A stretch of DNA of 64,000 nucleotides from an uncultured Chlamydiae bacterium (GCA_963754655.1 CAVWGN010000001.1:1568001-1632000), one strand, 5' to 3'; counted from the stretch's first letter, positions 49,403-60,974 are shown. Numbers and translations are program-made. The notes: a model not told the origin generated them from the sequence alone.

Positions 49403-50233
49403 ATGATTGCACATTTATCACCTATTGGGTGTCCTTTGCAAACTTTCCTATCGTTTGCTGCTAACAGCGTGCAAGAAAAGGCACCTTTAATGCAAAAAAT
49501 TGGCCATTTACGCCAGCAGATGACTGAATGGAGAGAAAAAACAAAGCAAATTCAACAAGATCAAAACAAAATGCATCAAATAGTTGTTTTGATTCAGCAA
49601 GATCAAGAAGAAATAGAAAAAGGACAAAAAAATTTAACAAATCGTCAAGAGCAAATTGATCAAAAGGTTATACAAATACAGCAAAGTCATAAAGAGATAG
49701 GAGCGCACACTGTGATTTTGGATCACATGTGGAAAATCTTGTTTCCTTACACCGGCAAAATTCAAACCAATCAAAAACAGATGCAATTAAAATTGCAAGA
49801 CGTTGAGCAAAAGCGAAACGATATTCATCAACATGCCTTTGTCATTCATCAAAATATTCCCCTGATCCATCAAAATCTGCAGAATGCTAACCAAATAATG
49901 AATGGCATTCCTCATCAGGTAAGGAGAATAAAGCAAGATCACCAGGCAATGAAAATCCTGGTAAAAACAATGGAGGAAAAGCGCGATAATATTCGCTATC
50001 ATCTTTCTGGTCTTCAACCTAAGAAAGTGGAAACCATGCCTTTAAGAGAATCGGAACCAGCGTTGCATTTTTCAGAAGATCAAAAACCTGTCAAGGAAGC
50101 CTCCTTTTATTTTTGGACTTCATTGTTAAAAAGAATGAAGGATATTGGCTTATGGATTCTGTTAGAGTTAGGATATCAAATAGAGCAAGCGCACCAACGT
50201 TCGAAAAATTGGGTGGCTTCTATCCTTTTTTAA
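49403..50233 (+). CDS. Gln/His-rich coiled-coil hypothetical protein
   Basis: Q/I/H heptads, gagg RBS. Confidence 0.7.
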   Translation: MIAHLSPIGCPLQTFLSFAANSVQEKAPLMQKIGHLRQQMTEWREKTKQIQQDQNKMHQIVVLIQQDQEEIEKGQKNLTNRQEQIDQKVIQIQQSHKEIGAHTVILDHMWKILFPYTGKIQTNQKQMQLKLQDVEQKRNDIHQHAFVIHQNIPLIHQNLQNANQIMNGIPHQVRRIKQDHQAMKILVKTMEEKRDNIRYHLSGLQPKKVETMPLRESEPALHFSEDQKPVKEASFYFWTSLLKRMKDIGLWILLELGYQIEQAHQRSKNWVASILF

Positions 50234-50385
50234 ATAGAGCGCCTTTCACAAAGGCTTGCATAGCCTTAATTGTATTGTAACTAAGTCTAGGCTTGATTTC
50301 TTTTTCTTTAAATTATGCGCTGCATTTGCTATTATGTTATTCTTTATAAAATAGATAGAATAGAATAAATAGAAGGATCATTCAC

Positions 50386-51777
50386 ATGGCTGTCAGCGTA
50401 TTTAATCTCTTCTCGATTGGCATAGGACCTTCTAGTTCTCATACTGTGGGGCCCATGCGAGCTGCGCGGCAATTTACGTTAATGTTGGAGCAACTGAATG
50501 TGCTTAATCACACAAGTCAGCTCCTCATAGATCTTTATGGATCCTTGGCTTTGACGGGCAAAGGACATTCTACCGATCTGGCTATTTTGCTTGGCTTAGA
50601 GGGTGCAACGCCAGAAGGCATTGATCCTAATCAGGTTCAAATGCGCGTCAATGATATTCGGCAACACAAACAATTAAAAATATCTGAAAATCGCTCTATT
50701 GCTTTTCAGGAGGCTTCCGATCTTCTTTTTCATTTTGATAAACAGCTTCCCTTTCACCCCAATGGCATGCGCTTTACAGCTTATGACGCGCACCATAAAA
50801 TTCTTTTGCAGAAAATTTATTATTCTGTAGGAGGCGGATTTATTGTGGAGCATGAAACAGCCTTAAAGGATCAAAAAATCATTCAAGATGAGCATCGCTT
50901 GCCCTATCCATTTAAAACAGCAACAGAATTATTGTCTCTTTGCAGTCAAAATCATTTGACTATAGCTGAGTTAATGATGGAAAATGAAAAAGCTTGGCGT
51001 CCAGAAGAAGAAGTTAAGAAGGGCTTATGGCGCCTCTGGGAAGTCATGCAAGATTGTGTGCAAAGAGGTTGGCAGCAAGAAGGAGTATTGCCAGGAGGTT
51101 TAAATGTCAGACGTCGTGCTGCCGGCATCTATCGCTATTTGCAAGAACAAGAAAAGAAGAAACATGACCAACGCGATCCTGCTGAAATTATGGATTGGGT
51201 AAGCCTTTGGGCTCTAGCGGTTAATGAAGAAAATGCTGCAGGAGGGAGAGTCGTGACCGCCCCAACAAATGGGGCTGCAGGGGTCATTCCAGCAGTGCTC
51301 CATTACTACCAAAAGTTTGTCAAAAACGCTTCCAAAGAAGGCATCATCACCTTTTTATTGACTGCAGGGGCCATAGGCATCCTTTATAAAGAGGGTGCAT
51401 CCATTTCCGCCGCTGAAATGGGATGTATGGGAGAGGTAGGAGTGGCTTGTTCGATGGCGGCCGCTGGATTGGCAGCGGCTCAAGGAGGAACGAATGAGCA
51501 AATCGAAAATGCTGCTGAGATTGGAATGGAGCATAATTTAGGTTTAACTTGTGATCCTGTAGGTGGGCTTGTGCAAATTCCTTGTATTGAACGCAATACG
51601 ATGGGTGCTACAAAAGCCATCAATGCTGCTCGCTTGGCACAGCTTCATGGAGATGGACAGCATAGAGTGAGTCTGGATCAAGTGATTGCCACGATGAGGC
51701 AAACAGGTCATGATATGATGGCGATTTATAAAGAAACCTCTCAAGGGGGGCTAGCCGTTAATGTTCCAGAATGTTAA
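50386..51777 (+). CDS. sdaA: L-serine dehydratase, Fe-S, single chain
   Basis: [68 protein letters not shown]. Confidence 0.97.
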   Translation: MAVSVFNLFSIGIGPSSSHTVGPMRAARQFTLMLEQLNVLNHTSQLLIDLYGSLALTGKGHSTDLAILLGLEGATPEGIDPNQVQMRVNDIRQHKQLKISENRSIAFQEASDLLFHFDKQLPFHPNGMRFTAYDAHHKILLQKIYYSVGGGFIVEHETALKDQKIIQDEHRLPYPFKTATELLSLCSQNHLTIAELMMENEKAWRPEEEVKKGLWRLWEVMQDCVQRGWQQEGVLPGGLNVRRRAAGIYRYLQEQEKKKHDQRDPAEIMDWVSLWALAVNEENAAGGRVVTAPTNGAAGVIPAVLHYYQKFVKNASKEGIITFLLTAGAIGILYKEGASISAAEMGCMGEVGVACSMAAAGLAAAQGGTNEQIENAAEIGMEHNLGLTCDPVGGLVQIPCIERNTMGATKAINAARLAQLHGDGQHRVSLDQVIATMRQTGHDMMAIYKETSQGGLAVNVPEC

Positions 51778-51801
51778 AGTAGTCATTTTATGATCTAATG
51801 A

Positions 51802-52611
51802 ATGTGTGAAAGGCTTATGCAGCAAATAGAAATACGAGAAGCAATTACTCTAGAAAATAAAGGGGAGAAAATCTTTGGCATCTTGCATCGCCCTTTGCAT
51901 TTGAGCCAGGTTCCTGCCATTGTGATTTGTCCCGGTTTTGCTGGAAATAAGTGTGGTAAATTTAGAATGTTTGTGACCCTGGGACAAGAGCTCGCTAAGC
52001 AAGGGATTGCAGTTTTACGCTTTGACTATCGAGGATCTGGAGATAGTGAAGGAGAATTTCATGATATCACATTAGAGGGAAAAATCAGCGATACCTTAAA
52101 ATGCTTGAATTTTTTGGCCCATGATCCTCAAATTGATGCTTCGAGGCTAGGTTTATTAGGTCGTTCTTTGGGAGGAGCGATCGCAGTCTTAGCGGCACGT
52201 CGTCACCAAGCGATTAAAAGCTTAGTGCTTTGGGCTCCTGTTTTTAGAAGTGATCCATGGCGTGAATTATGGGAATCTTTCAAATCTAATCAAAAACTCG
52301 ATCAAAGCAAACAAGATATTTTGCGTAACCTTCCCGCTAATATCCCGAATCTTGAATTTTTATCTCAGTTTTTTAAGCTTGATTTACATAAGGAATTAGA
52401 AGGTCTTAAACAGATTCCCCTCTTGCATATTCATGGGGAGCAAGATCAAGTTGTGAAAATTGAACAAGCTAAGGATTTTGAAAAAGCACGCGTAGGATTG
52501 GATAATACACGCTTCGTGCAGCTTTCAAAAACCGATCATGATTTTTCAGATTTTAGAGAGCAAGTCATTGCCATTCAAGAAACATGTCAGTGGTATCAAC
52601 AAACCCTTTAG
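51802..52611 (+). CDS. Alpha/beta hydrolase
   Basis: RFDYRGSGDSEG, GRSLGG nucleophile, HGEQDQVV, TDHDF. Confidence 0.9.
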   Translation: MCERLMQQIEIREAITLENKGEKIFGILHRPLHLSQVPAIVICPGFAGNKCGKFRMFVTLGQELAKQGIAVLRFDYRGSGDSEGEFHDITLEGKISDTLKCLNFLAHDPQIDASRLGLLGRSLGGAIAVLAARRHQAIKSLVLWAPVFRSDPWRELWESFKSNQKLDQSKQDILRNLPANIPNLEFLSQFFKLDLHKELEGLKQIPLLHIHGEQDQVVKIEQAKDFEKARVGLDNTRFVQLSKTDHDFSDFREQVIAIQETCQWYQQTL

Positions 52612-52623
52612 GGAGCGCTTGAC

Positions 52624-54276
52624 ATGGAAAAGATGAGTTTGCTTCAGCGCGATCGACTTTGTTATCAACCTACATTGCCTGCCATTTTACGAGATTTGAA
52701 ATTAATTACTCCTGTGAATAAAGAGAGAGAAGTCAATTTGGATCCTACACTGCAGGATTTATTTCCTAATGCCAAGAAATTGCCTTTTCTTTTTTTTGAA
52801 CAAGGAAATTCTTCAGCTTCGCTTCAGCCCCTCAAAGTAGGAATTGTGTTATCTGGCGGGCAAGCGCCTGGTGGTCAAAATGTCATCACAGGTCTATTAG
52901 ATGCTTTAAAGAAATTAAATCCTGCCTCGCAATTAATTGGATTTTTAGATGGCCCTAACGGAATCATTAAAAATCAATTCATCGAATTAACAGAAGAAAA
53001 AGTCACTCTTTATCGAAATCAAGGAGGTTTTGATATCATTGGATCGGGACGGACGAAAATTGAAACACCCGAACAATTTGAAGCTGCACAACAGACATTT
53101 AAGGCGCATGCTCTGGATGGATTAGTCATTGTAGGGGGAGATGATTCCAATACCAATGCTGCTTTTTTAGCCGAATTTTGCCTACAGAAAGGATTGCCCA
53201 CGCGCATTATTGGAGTCCCAAAAACCATTGATGGCGATCTCAAAAATGCATTTATTGAAATCTCCTTCGGATTTGATACAGCTAGTAAAATTTATTCAGA
53301 AACCATTGGCAACCTAGCCAAAGACTCTCTTTCTGCTAAGAAGTATTATTTCTTCGTCAAAATGATGGGGCGTTCTGCTTCTCATCTTACTCTAGAGTGT
53401 GCTTTGCAAACTCGTATTAATCTGGCTCTAATTGGCGAGGAAATTGCAGAGCGAAGACAAACATTAACACATGTTGTGGATGAAATTGCTAATTTAATTT
53501 GCGAAAGAGCAGAAAATAATAAAAATTTTGGAGTGATTCTCATTCCCGAAGGCTTATTGGAATTTATTCCAGAGTGCCAGTTGATGATTAAAGAGCTTAA
53601 TCAATTTTTGGCTAGCCAAGCGTCGAATCAAATCGAGGAAGGAAATTTTTCTGAAACATTGGACATGATCGAGCAAAATCTTAGCCAAGCATCTGCTGAG
53701 TGTTTTTCTAGTCTACCACCAGAAATTCAGAAGCAGTTGTTATTAGATCGTGATCCTCATGGCAATATTCAATTATCTAAGATAGAAACGGAACGTCTTT
53801 TAATTTCGCTTGTGGAACAAGAGTTAAATCATCGTCAACAACAAGGGAAATATTCCGGAAAATTCAACCCTCAGCCACTTTTTTGTGGTTATGAAGGACG
53901 CTGCGGCTTGCCTTCTAATTTTGATTGCCAGTATTGCTATGCGTTGGGTCACATGGCTGCCCTATTAATTCTTCATAGCGCCTCTGGTTATATGTGCTGC
54001 ATTCAGAATCTCACGCAGTCAGTAGAAAAGTGGGATGTCTTAGGCGTCCCTATTATCCATATGCTTCACTTTGAAATGCGCAAAAATAAAAAGCAGGCTG
54101 TGATTCAAAAAGCATTAGTAGATCTTAAAGGACGTGTTTTTGCAGCTTTTCAACAAGAGAGAAATCGATGGCGAATAGAGGATCTGTACTGTTGCCCAGG
54201 TCCCATTCAGTTTCAAGGATCCGTGGAACTTACTGACGCTCTACCTCTTACTCTCCTATTAGAAAAATATCATTAA
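52624..54276 (+). CDS. pfp: PPi-dependent phosphofructokinase
   Basis: LSGGQAPGG, GGDDSNTNA, PKTIDGDL, MGRSASH, GYEGR, PGPIQF. Confidence 0.95.
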   Translation: MEKMSLLQRDRLCYQPTLPAILRDLKLITPVNKEREVNLDPTLQDLFPNAKKLPFLFFEQGNSSASLQPLKVGIVLSGGQAPGGQNVITGLLDALKKLNPASQLIGFLDGPNGIIKNQFIELTEEKVTLYRNQGGFDIIGSGRTKIETPEQFEAAQQTFKAHALDGLVIVGGDDSNTNAAFLAEFCLQKGLPTRIIGVPKTIDGDLKNAFIEISFGFDTASKIYSETIGNLAKDSLSAKKYYFFVKMMGRSASHLTLECALQTRINLALIGEEIAERRQTLTHVVDEIANLICERAENNKNFGVILIPEGLLEFIPECQLMIKELNQFLASQASNQIEEGNFSETLDMIEQNLSQASAECFSSLPPEIQKQLLLDRDPHGNIQLSKIETERLLISLVEQELNHRQQQGKYSGKFNPQPLFCGYEGRCGLPSNFDCQYCYALGHMAALLILHSASGYMCCIQNLTQSVEKWDVLGVPIIHMLHFEMRKNKKQAVIQKALVDLKGRVFAAFQQERNRWRIEDLYCCPGPIQFQGSVELTDALPLTLLLEKYH

Positions 54277-54487
54277 AACGAGCTTTATTTTTCCGTCTTT
54301 TGCCAAATTTAAGCCGATTTTATTTTCCGTTAATTCAGATTAGAAGCGCCAAGAATTAAACATTGTTTTAATAATAATTATTGATAATAAAAATTTATGG
54401 TATAATAATAAATGTTATAAGTGTTGTTTTTTTTGTTTTAATTAATAAAAATATTAAAGTTTATTACTACAGGTGTAGAGGTGATTT

Positions 54488-57412
54488 ATGTCTCTATTTT
54501 CTATTCAAACTTCTCAAATTCCTATTCAACACACTATTGAAGCTTTAAAGCCAGAACTTGAGAAACTACATCAATTAAGTAAGCATGGTCCAATCTCCGA
54601 TATTGAAATAGAAACGATTATTGAAAGAGTCGTAACACTTGGCAAAAGTATTATTTTAGAGTACTCTAAAAATCAATCACTTATAATAGATGATGGTTTA
54701 ATTGAAGACATAAAAGCCAAGGTTAGGGAAGCTAGTGCTTTATTACAAAAAAAGAGTATTACAGGAAAAGTCAAGATTACTTTTAACTCAACTCTTACTC
54801 AAACTAAAGATAATCCTAAAGCAGATGGCACTCATAAGCCCATAAAAGAAGGACAAGCTGTTAAAAGGGCGTCCATCAATGAAAAAGAGTTCGTTCGCAG
54901 TTTAAGTAAGTCTTTAACTGATTTAGAAACAGTAATTGTTGACTTTCAAACTCATGGTATAGTAATAGAACACTTTAAAAAAAATTCAACATTTCCAGAA
55001 AAACTTGCTATTTTCCGCGATAAATTTATTACAGGGTTATTTAGTAAAATATTAAATAAACTTTCCAGTCAAATCTTTATTGGACATAAACCCCAAGTCT
55101 CTTTGGTAAGAGCCAGAAAAGAAATGGCCGAATTGGAAAAAACTGAAAAGCAAATAGAGGAAAAAGTAGTTGAATTAACGCAAAAGAAGGCAAAAGCGGA
55201 AAGGGCATTGCAAAATGCTGAATCTTCAAAATCGAAAAAGTCAATTAATTCATTAATAGCCCAAAAGACTAAGCACGAAGAAGAAATAGGCAAATTGGCC
55301 GATACCCAAACAGAGATACAAACCAAAAAAGCGACTAATCAAAAAAAAATAGATAAATACGAGGGTGAACAAGAACGGGGTAGAAAGACGCGAGCAAATT
55401 TTCACACTATTGGGGGGACGAACGTTAAAATTCAACTTGAAGATGCAACTCTTGATGGAATGCATATTTCTTGTGATGCATTTAGAGCAAGTCTAAAAGA
55501 TGCTGGAGCGCAAACTTTTAAATTAAACTTTAAACCCAGCTCAGCTGATTCAGTTTTATCTTTAAAGGGACTTTGTTTTCCTAAACAGGCAATGGGTGGA
55601 GTTGTAGATAAGGCCTTAAATTCTTTAGGTGCTTTTACTTCTCTTGATAAGGAGGGTGCAGGCTGGCAAAAGCTTCAGTTAGAAGATGGCAGGACTCTTA
55701 TTATAACTGATGAAGAAGCCGAAAAATTGCAAGATATGGATTTAATGGATAAAGATGGAAAGCTTCTTGAGAATCCAAATTGGGACAATGAACTCGATGT
55801 AAAAGAATGGGATATCAGTAAGCCTGGAACAGAAGGAACGGTTCTCTTAACTAGCGGTAACGTCGGTGTGTACGAAATGCATAAGCGAGAAATGCTAAGC
55901 TTTCTGATGCGGGGCGTGAATGTCATGGCCATTAATTTCCGCGGATATGGCGAAAGCCAGGGTATACCTACAGGAGAGGGATTAAAAAGAGACATGGAAG
56001 CAGCGTATCAATATCTAAAGAAACAGCATAACGTTCCCGATGAAAAAATCATATTGAAAGCACTTTGCATGAGTGGCGGTGCCGCAACTGATTTAGCCGC
56101 TCATCATCCTGATGTGAACTTATTTATTGACCAATCTTATGCAAACTTTGATGAGCTAGTTATGGATCAAGCACAAGAATATATCCATGATTTTATTAAG
56201 GAAAATAACTTAGATCATTCAGCTATGAAATCCTTGAAAGGCTGGGTAAACAACCAGATCAATTCTATTGTTCATGCTGCTATTAAATTGGCAACTCCTG
56301 CCTGGAGCGTTGAAAGAGAAATTGGCAAAGTTAAAGGTCATGTCGGGATTTTATTAACAACACAAGATTCATTGATGAATGTCGACCGAGACGTTGCGAA
56401 GAATTATAAAGCTGCTTTAAAGGGTAAAAAAGCTAAATCTATTACAGTATTTTCTATGGAAGGCGAGCATAGCGATTCCTGGATATATCCTCTCAAGGCA
56501 GCCCAAGTCAATGCGAAGGTAATTAAGACGTCTCAACCAGAGGTTATTGAAAAGGCTCTAGCAGCATTGCCGAAAGAAGCAATAGAAATAGGAAACAAGT
56601 ATCGAATAACTTATTATCCAGATAAAGTAAAAAATACAATAAATGAAATCGTAGCAGATCAATACGATGATAAAAAAGAAGCTTTTAAGTTCTTTAACAA
56701 ACAATTTCAATTATCATTGGGTAAAATAAAGCAAAAAATAAAGAATGGAGAGGCTCTTACAGAGGCGGTTCTCAATGAAATTGCTGATGAGCAGCTAAAA
56801 GATGTAGATCCAGCTATTAAAAAAGATTTTAAAGACATTTTAAGCGAAAATATAAATGTAAGAGATGAACTATTTCCCTATAAATATGTTTTGAGTGATA
56901 GTGATAAGCTTGACGATAAATTAGATGAACTTCTCCAGCAATTTCCTGAAATATTAGCGCCTGGTGAGGATAGTCAAAAAGTTGTAGAAGATCTTAAGAA
57001 TAAATTACAAAAAGTTGTAAAAAAGCTTCATCAAGGGCAGGGGCTTAATTTGGAAGAGATAATTGAGCAAGAAGTAAAAAATTCCAGCGAGAAGCATAAA
57101 ACAATAGTTCGATCCTTCTTAGAAGAAGGCATTGTTGAAAGAAATCCACTCGAATTGCTTTATGAAAAGATTGTATATTTGGTAAATAGTGATAAGGATG
57201 TAACTCCAAAACAAATCAATGACTATATAAATCAGAAAATTGCTGGATTACCTAATCAATTTCAAGGGACATTTAGGACATTCATGAATGAACATATTAA
57301 CATTCAAGATGACGCTTTAGATCCTGATAAATTTCGAGCTAGGCGCTATGAGGGAAGAGCCAATATAGACCGTTATTTACAAAAAACTGAATTGGTAGGT
57401 GATTTAATCTGA
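54488..57412 (+). CDS. 974-aa coiled-coil + alpha/beta-hydrolase-domain protein (ABHD16-like core), putative effector
   Basis: LLTSGNVGVYE, NVMAINFRGYGESQGIPT, DMEAAYQYL, KIILKALCMSGG, LFIDQSY, D and H (GEHSD) downstream. Confidence 0.72.
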   Translation: MSLFSIQTSQIPIQHTIEALKPELEKLHQLSKHGPISDIEIETIIERVVTLGKSIILEYSKNQSLIIDDGLIEDIKAKVREASALLQKKSITGKVKITFNSTLTQTKDNPKADGTHKPIKEGQAVKRASINEKEFVRSLSKSLTDLETVIVDFQTHGIVIEHFKKNSTFPEKLAIFRDKFITGLFSKILNKLSSQIFIGHKPQVSLVRARKEMAELEKTEKQIEEKVVELTQKKAKAERALQNAESSKSKKSINSLIAQKTKHEEEIGKLADTQTEIQTKKATNQKKIDKYEGEQERGRKTRANFHTIGGTNVKIQLEDATLDGMHISCDAFRASLKDAGAQTFKLNFKPSSADSVLSLKGLCFPKQAMGGVVDKALNSLGAFTSLDKEGAGWQKLQLEDGRTLIITDEEAEKLQDMDLMDKDGKLLENPNWDNELDVKEWDISKPGTEGTVLLTSGNVGVYEMHKREMLSFLMRGVNVMAINFRGYGESQGIPTGEGLKRDMEAAYQYLKKQHNVPDEKIILKALCMSGGAATDLAAHHPDVNLFIDQSYANFDELVMDQAQEYIHDFIKENNLDHSAMKSLKGWVNNQINSIVHAAIKLATPAWSVEREIGKVKGHVGILLTTQDSLMNVDRDVAKNYKAALKGKKAKSITVFSMEGEHSDSWIYPLKAAQVNAKVIKTSQPEVIEKALAALPKEAIEIGNKYRITYYPDKVKNTINEIVADQYDDKKEAFKFFNKQFQLSLGKIKQKIKNGEALTEAVLNEIADEQLKDVDPAIKKDFKDILSENINVRDELFPYKYVLSDSDKLDDKLDELLQQFPEILAPGEDSQKVVEDLKNKLQKVVKKLHQGQGLNLEEIIEQEVKNSSEKHKTIVRSFLEEGIVERNPLELLYEKIVYLVNSDKDVTPKQINDYINQKIAGLPNQFQGTFRTFMNEHINIQDDALDPDKFRARRYEGRANIDRYLQKTELVGDLI

Positions 57413-57820
57413 TCTAACTAAAGCTATCAAATCAGGCAAACAATTCAGCCGCACTCGACATCTATACCAGCATTCTCACTTAATTTGAGCTCAAGATGCT
57501 GGTATTGTTTTTTTAGATTTTGTAAAATTTTTTCATGATAAATTCCTTTTTCTGGATTTTTTTAGAAAGACAACACACGCAAGGAATGTCTTTCAATAGG
57601 TTGAGGTGCCGTCTCTGACCAATTACAAAAAAAGGGGCTTCACCTACCGCTTTTTATGCCCTTTTGTCTTTTTTGGTCTTTATCCTTTGTTAACCTACAC
57701 TTTTCATTGTACTGTGCAATGACCTTTTGGCTTGCATTATTTTAAGAATCATTATAGTGTTAGAAACAATGATCATTAGTTGCTCACAACCATATCTCGG
57801 CCAGAAAAAGAGGATGTTAT

Positions 57821-58984
57821 ATGACAAAAAAGAATAAGCAAGATCATTCTTCTCATTTCGTTCAACCCATCAGTAGTACGCTTGGAGCAACAGTTCTTGG
57901 TCCTTCTAACCATGCTCGCGATGCCGAGAATCCTGATATTTTTGTTCCACCCCGGACTGATTATGGGACATTGCCAAACCTTAAATGGTCTTTCTCTGAT
58001 AGCCATATGCGATTAGAAGAGGGAGGCTGGGCTCGGCAAACAACAGTTCGTGAGTTGCCTTCCTCTCCCACTATTGCAGGCGTCAATATGCGTCTAAAAG
58101 CTGGAGCTGTTAGAGAGATGCATTGGCATAAGGAAGCGGAATGGTCTTATATGCTTAAGGGAAGAGCGAGAATCACAGCTGTTGATCAGGATGGACGCAC
58201 GTTCAAAGAGGATGTCAAGGAGGGAGATCTCTGGTATTTTCCTCCTGGTATTCCTCACTCAATTCAAGGACTTGAAGAGGATGGGTGTGAGTTTCTCCTT
58301 GTTTTTGACGATGGAAACTTTACCGAAGACTCCACTTTTTTGCTCACCGATTTTATGGCCCATACTCCCAAAGAAATTTTAGCCAAAAACTTTGGTGTGC
58401 CAGAAAGTGCTTTTGTTAATATTCCTAAAAAGGAGCTTTATATCTTTCCAGCTCAAGTTCCTGGTCCTCTTGCAAAGGACCGAATGGTTGGCGAAGAATC
58501 AGTCCCTTTAACTTTTAGCCATCGCATGTTAGCTCAAGAACCTTTAAGGATGAAAAGTGGAACAGTTCGCATTACAGATTCCACCAATTTCCCTATTTCG
58601 GAGAGAATAGCTGCTGCATTGGTTGAAATAGAACCGGGCGGTATGCGTGAGCTACATTGGCATCCAAATGCAGATGAGTGGCAATTCTATATTTCCGGAA
58701 AGGCGCGGATGACGGTGTTTGCCTCCGAGGGAAGAGCTCGCACCTTTGATTATCAGGCCGGCGATGTAGGATCTGTTCCCTTTCCAATGGCTCATTATAT
58801 TGAAAATATTGGAACGACAACGCTGAGATTCCTTGAAATTTTCCGCAGTGATCGCTTTGCAGATATCTCACTTGCGCAGTGGTTAGCGTTAACTCCTCAT
58901 GAGCTTGTGCGTGCCCACTTAAATATTGAAGAATCAGTCCTCGCTAAAATTCCTCGTCAAAAAACGCCTTTAGTGCCAAATTGA
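57821..58984 (+). CDS. oxdC: Oxalate decarboxylase-family bicupin
   Basis: [23 protein letters not shown], lid [25 protein letters not shown]. Confidence 0.93.
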   Translation: MTKKNKQDHSSHFVQPISSTLGATVLGPSNHARDAENPDIFVPPRTDYGTLPNLKWSFSDSHMRLEEGGWARQTTVRELPSSPTIAGVNMRLKAGAVREMHWHKEAEWSYMLKGRARITAVDQDGRTFKEDVKEGDLWYFPPGIPHSIQGLEEDGCEFLLVFDDGNFTEDSTFLLTDFMAHTPKEILAKNFGVPESAFVNIPKKELYIFPAQVPGPLAKDRMVGEESVPLTFSHRMLAQEPLRMKSGTVRITDSTNFPISERIAAALVEIEPGGMRELHWHPNADEWQFYISGKARMTVFASEGRARTFDYQAGDVGSVPFPMAHYIENIGTTTLRFLEIFRSDRFADISLAQWLALTPHELVRAHLNIEESVLAKIPRQKTPLVPN

Positions 58985-59082
58985 CTTTAAGATTTTCATG
59001 TTGCCGCGATCTTTATCTATTAAAACACAACTATTGACAATCTTATCCCGGAGGCTTTTTTAACGAGTCTCGTTTAATTTGT

Positions 59083-59412
59083 TTATGCATTAAGGACTAA
59101 CTTTTTTCTTTGCATGAAAAGGTAAATAAATAAAACCCCACTAATCAGAGCCATCATTCCGCCGGGTGCCAGCTTATAAGAAAGGAAAAAACGATAAGTA
59201 AAAAAGGCGAGAAGGCAAGCAACGACGAAAGTGGCTGTCTGGTAAGCAATCACATTTCCCTTCCAAATCAGCGCAGCGCAACCAAAAAGGATAAAAGTAA
59301 TAACGCTCGAAGCAATAAGTGAAGCTAAGCTATTTGCGAGAACATAGCCAATGATGCCGCCAATGAGGATCAAACTGGCATAGCAACCGATAAGAACGGC
59401 TTTTTTTTTCAT
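59083..59412 (-). CDS. TMEM14-family membrane protein
   Basis: YASLILIGGIIGYV.ANSLASLI, RF....KLAPGG. Confidence 0.85.
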   Translation of the reverse strand: MKKKAVLIGCYASLILIGGIIGYVLANSLASLIASSVITFILFGCAALIWKGNVIAYQTATFVVACLLAFFTYRFFLSYKLAPGGMMALISGVLFIYLFMQRKKLVLNA

Positions 59413-59611
59413 TTTGGGCTCCTCATGAAAAAATAAAGAAATAGATGTAACATAAAGATGTTAAGATAACAAGTAAATTATTTGAAATTTTGAGGAGTAA
59501 ATGTATGCAATCTCCTTCACTTTCAGTTAAATAGGGCAAATTCATTTGACTAAAGAACTAGACAATCTCTTCAAAATGTGATAAAGTGTGTTCTCAATTT
59601 TGGAAAACATT

Positions 59612-60046
59612 ATGTCAACAGAACGATTGTTCTATGTGCCTCCGGAAGGGCCACCTCAAGGCATTCAACCTAGCCCTGAAATATATGCTAAAATGGGAGA
59701 GGATAATATTTATCAAATGCTGGAAGACTTTTATAGTGAGCTCGAAAAATCTTCTATTCGCCATCTTTTTCCTCAAGATATGAAAAAAGCTTCTCAACGA
59801 TCAGCCGCTTTCTTTGTCTTTATTTTAGGTGGCCCTCCTTTGTATCAACAACAATTTGGTTCTCCACGAATGCGTCAAAGGCATCTGCCTTTTGCCATTG
59901 ATGAAATAGCTCGTCAAACTTGGCTAAATTGTTTTAAAAATATTCTTCAAGATGCAGATCAGAAATATCAATTTCCAATGGAGCACATGCAGGGCTTCTG
60001 TCGATTTTTAGATCAATTTTCGGCTTGGATGGTTAATACGAAATAA
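59612..60046 (+). CDS. Group II truncated hemoglobin (trHbO-like)
   Basis: IY..MG...I..M...FY, LFPQD, LGGPPLY...G.PRMRQRHLPFAI, WL. Confidence 0.88.
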   Translation: MSTERLFYVPPEGPPQGIQPSPEIYAKMGEDNIYQMLEDFYSELEKSSIRHLFPQDMKKASQRSAAFFVFILGGPPLYQQQFGSPRMRQRHLPFAIDEIARQTWLNCFKNILQDADQKYQFPMEHMQGFCRFLDQFSAWMVNTK

Positions 60047-60050
60047 ATTT

Positions 60051-60974
60051 ATGCTTTTCGCTGTTGCGCTTGCGATTAAATTACTCCCTCTTTACTTTAA
60101 CATCTTCCTTGGTTATATCGCTGGGAAAAAATTGCAAATCAATCAAGAGACTATCTCTAAACTCTTGTTTTACATGATCAGTCCATTGATTATTTTTAAT
60201 AGTGTTATTCACACTAAATTAAATGGTAATATTCTATCTTTACCTATTCTGACTTTTGCCATTTCCTGTACATTGTGCCTCATCTTTTACCGTTTTTCCC
60301 GTAAAATTTGGTCGGACGCCTCTAAAAACATTATGGCATTTAGTGCGGGTTCAGGAGCAACGGGTTATTTTGGAGTTCCTCTTGCCTTAATCATCTTTGA
60401 GCAGCAAGGAGAAGGAATCTATATTATGGCTCTTTTAGGAGTCACCTTATATGATAATTCTTTAGGTTATTACATTAGTGTTAAAGGGTCCTATTCACCG
60501 AAAGAGTGTATCAAAAAAATTTTCACCCTTCCTACCCTTTATGCTTTTTTGCTGGGGCTTATCATCAATCTTTTGCAATTTCCTTTACCTCAAGTCTATA
60601 CGGATTTTATTACTCCTATTAAAGGTGTCTACATTGTCATGGGAATGATGATCATAGGCATTGGATTAGCAGGGTTGACAGAATTCAAACTCGATTATAA
60701 ATTTCTTGGTATGACTTTTTTAGCCAAGTTCCTTGCTTGGCCTTTGCTTGTTTTTTTGATTGTTGCTCTCGATCAAGCCTTTTTGGGTATTTATGACCCC
60801 CTATCTCATCAAGCCCTTATTTTAATTTCCATTGTTCCCTTAGCTGTTAATACGGTAATGATGGCTTCTTTAATGAAATGCCAACCAGAGCGCGCTGCAG
60901 CTACTGTTCTTTTAAGCACAATCTTTGCTTTGCTTTATATTCCTTTTATGACTTCCCTTTTCCTAAATCCTTAA
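60051..60974 (+). CDS. AEC (auxin efflux carrier) family transporter
   Basis: About ten TM helices, PLIIFNS, TGYFGVPL, PTLYA, KFLAWP, PLAVNT, LSTIFALLYIP. Confidence 0.88.
   Translation: MLFAVALAIKLLPLYFNIFLGYIAGKKLQINQETISKLLFYMISPLIIFNSVIHTKLNGNILSLPILTFAISCTLCLIFYRFSRKIWSDASKNIMAFSAGSGATGYFGVPLALIIFEQQGEGIYIMALLGVTLYDNSLGYYISVKGSYSPKECIKKIFTLPTLYAFLLGLIINLLQFPLPQVYTDFITPIKGVYIVMGMMIIGIGLAGLTEFKLDYKFLGMTFLAKFLAWPLLVFLIVALDQAFLGIYDPLSHQALILISIVPLAVNTVMMASLMKCQPERAAATVLLSTIFALLYIPFMTSLFLNP

Noticed and set aside
57420..57820. Riboswitch upstream of oxdC
   Set aside because: Only short hairpins (e.g. ataccagcat/atgctggtat); no recognisable yybP-ykoY or other consensus by eye; cmscan would settle it
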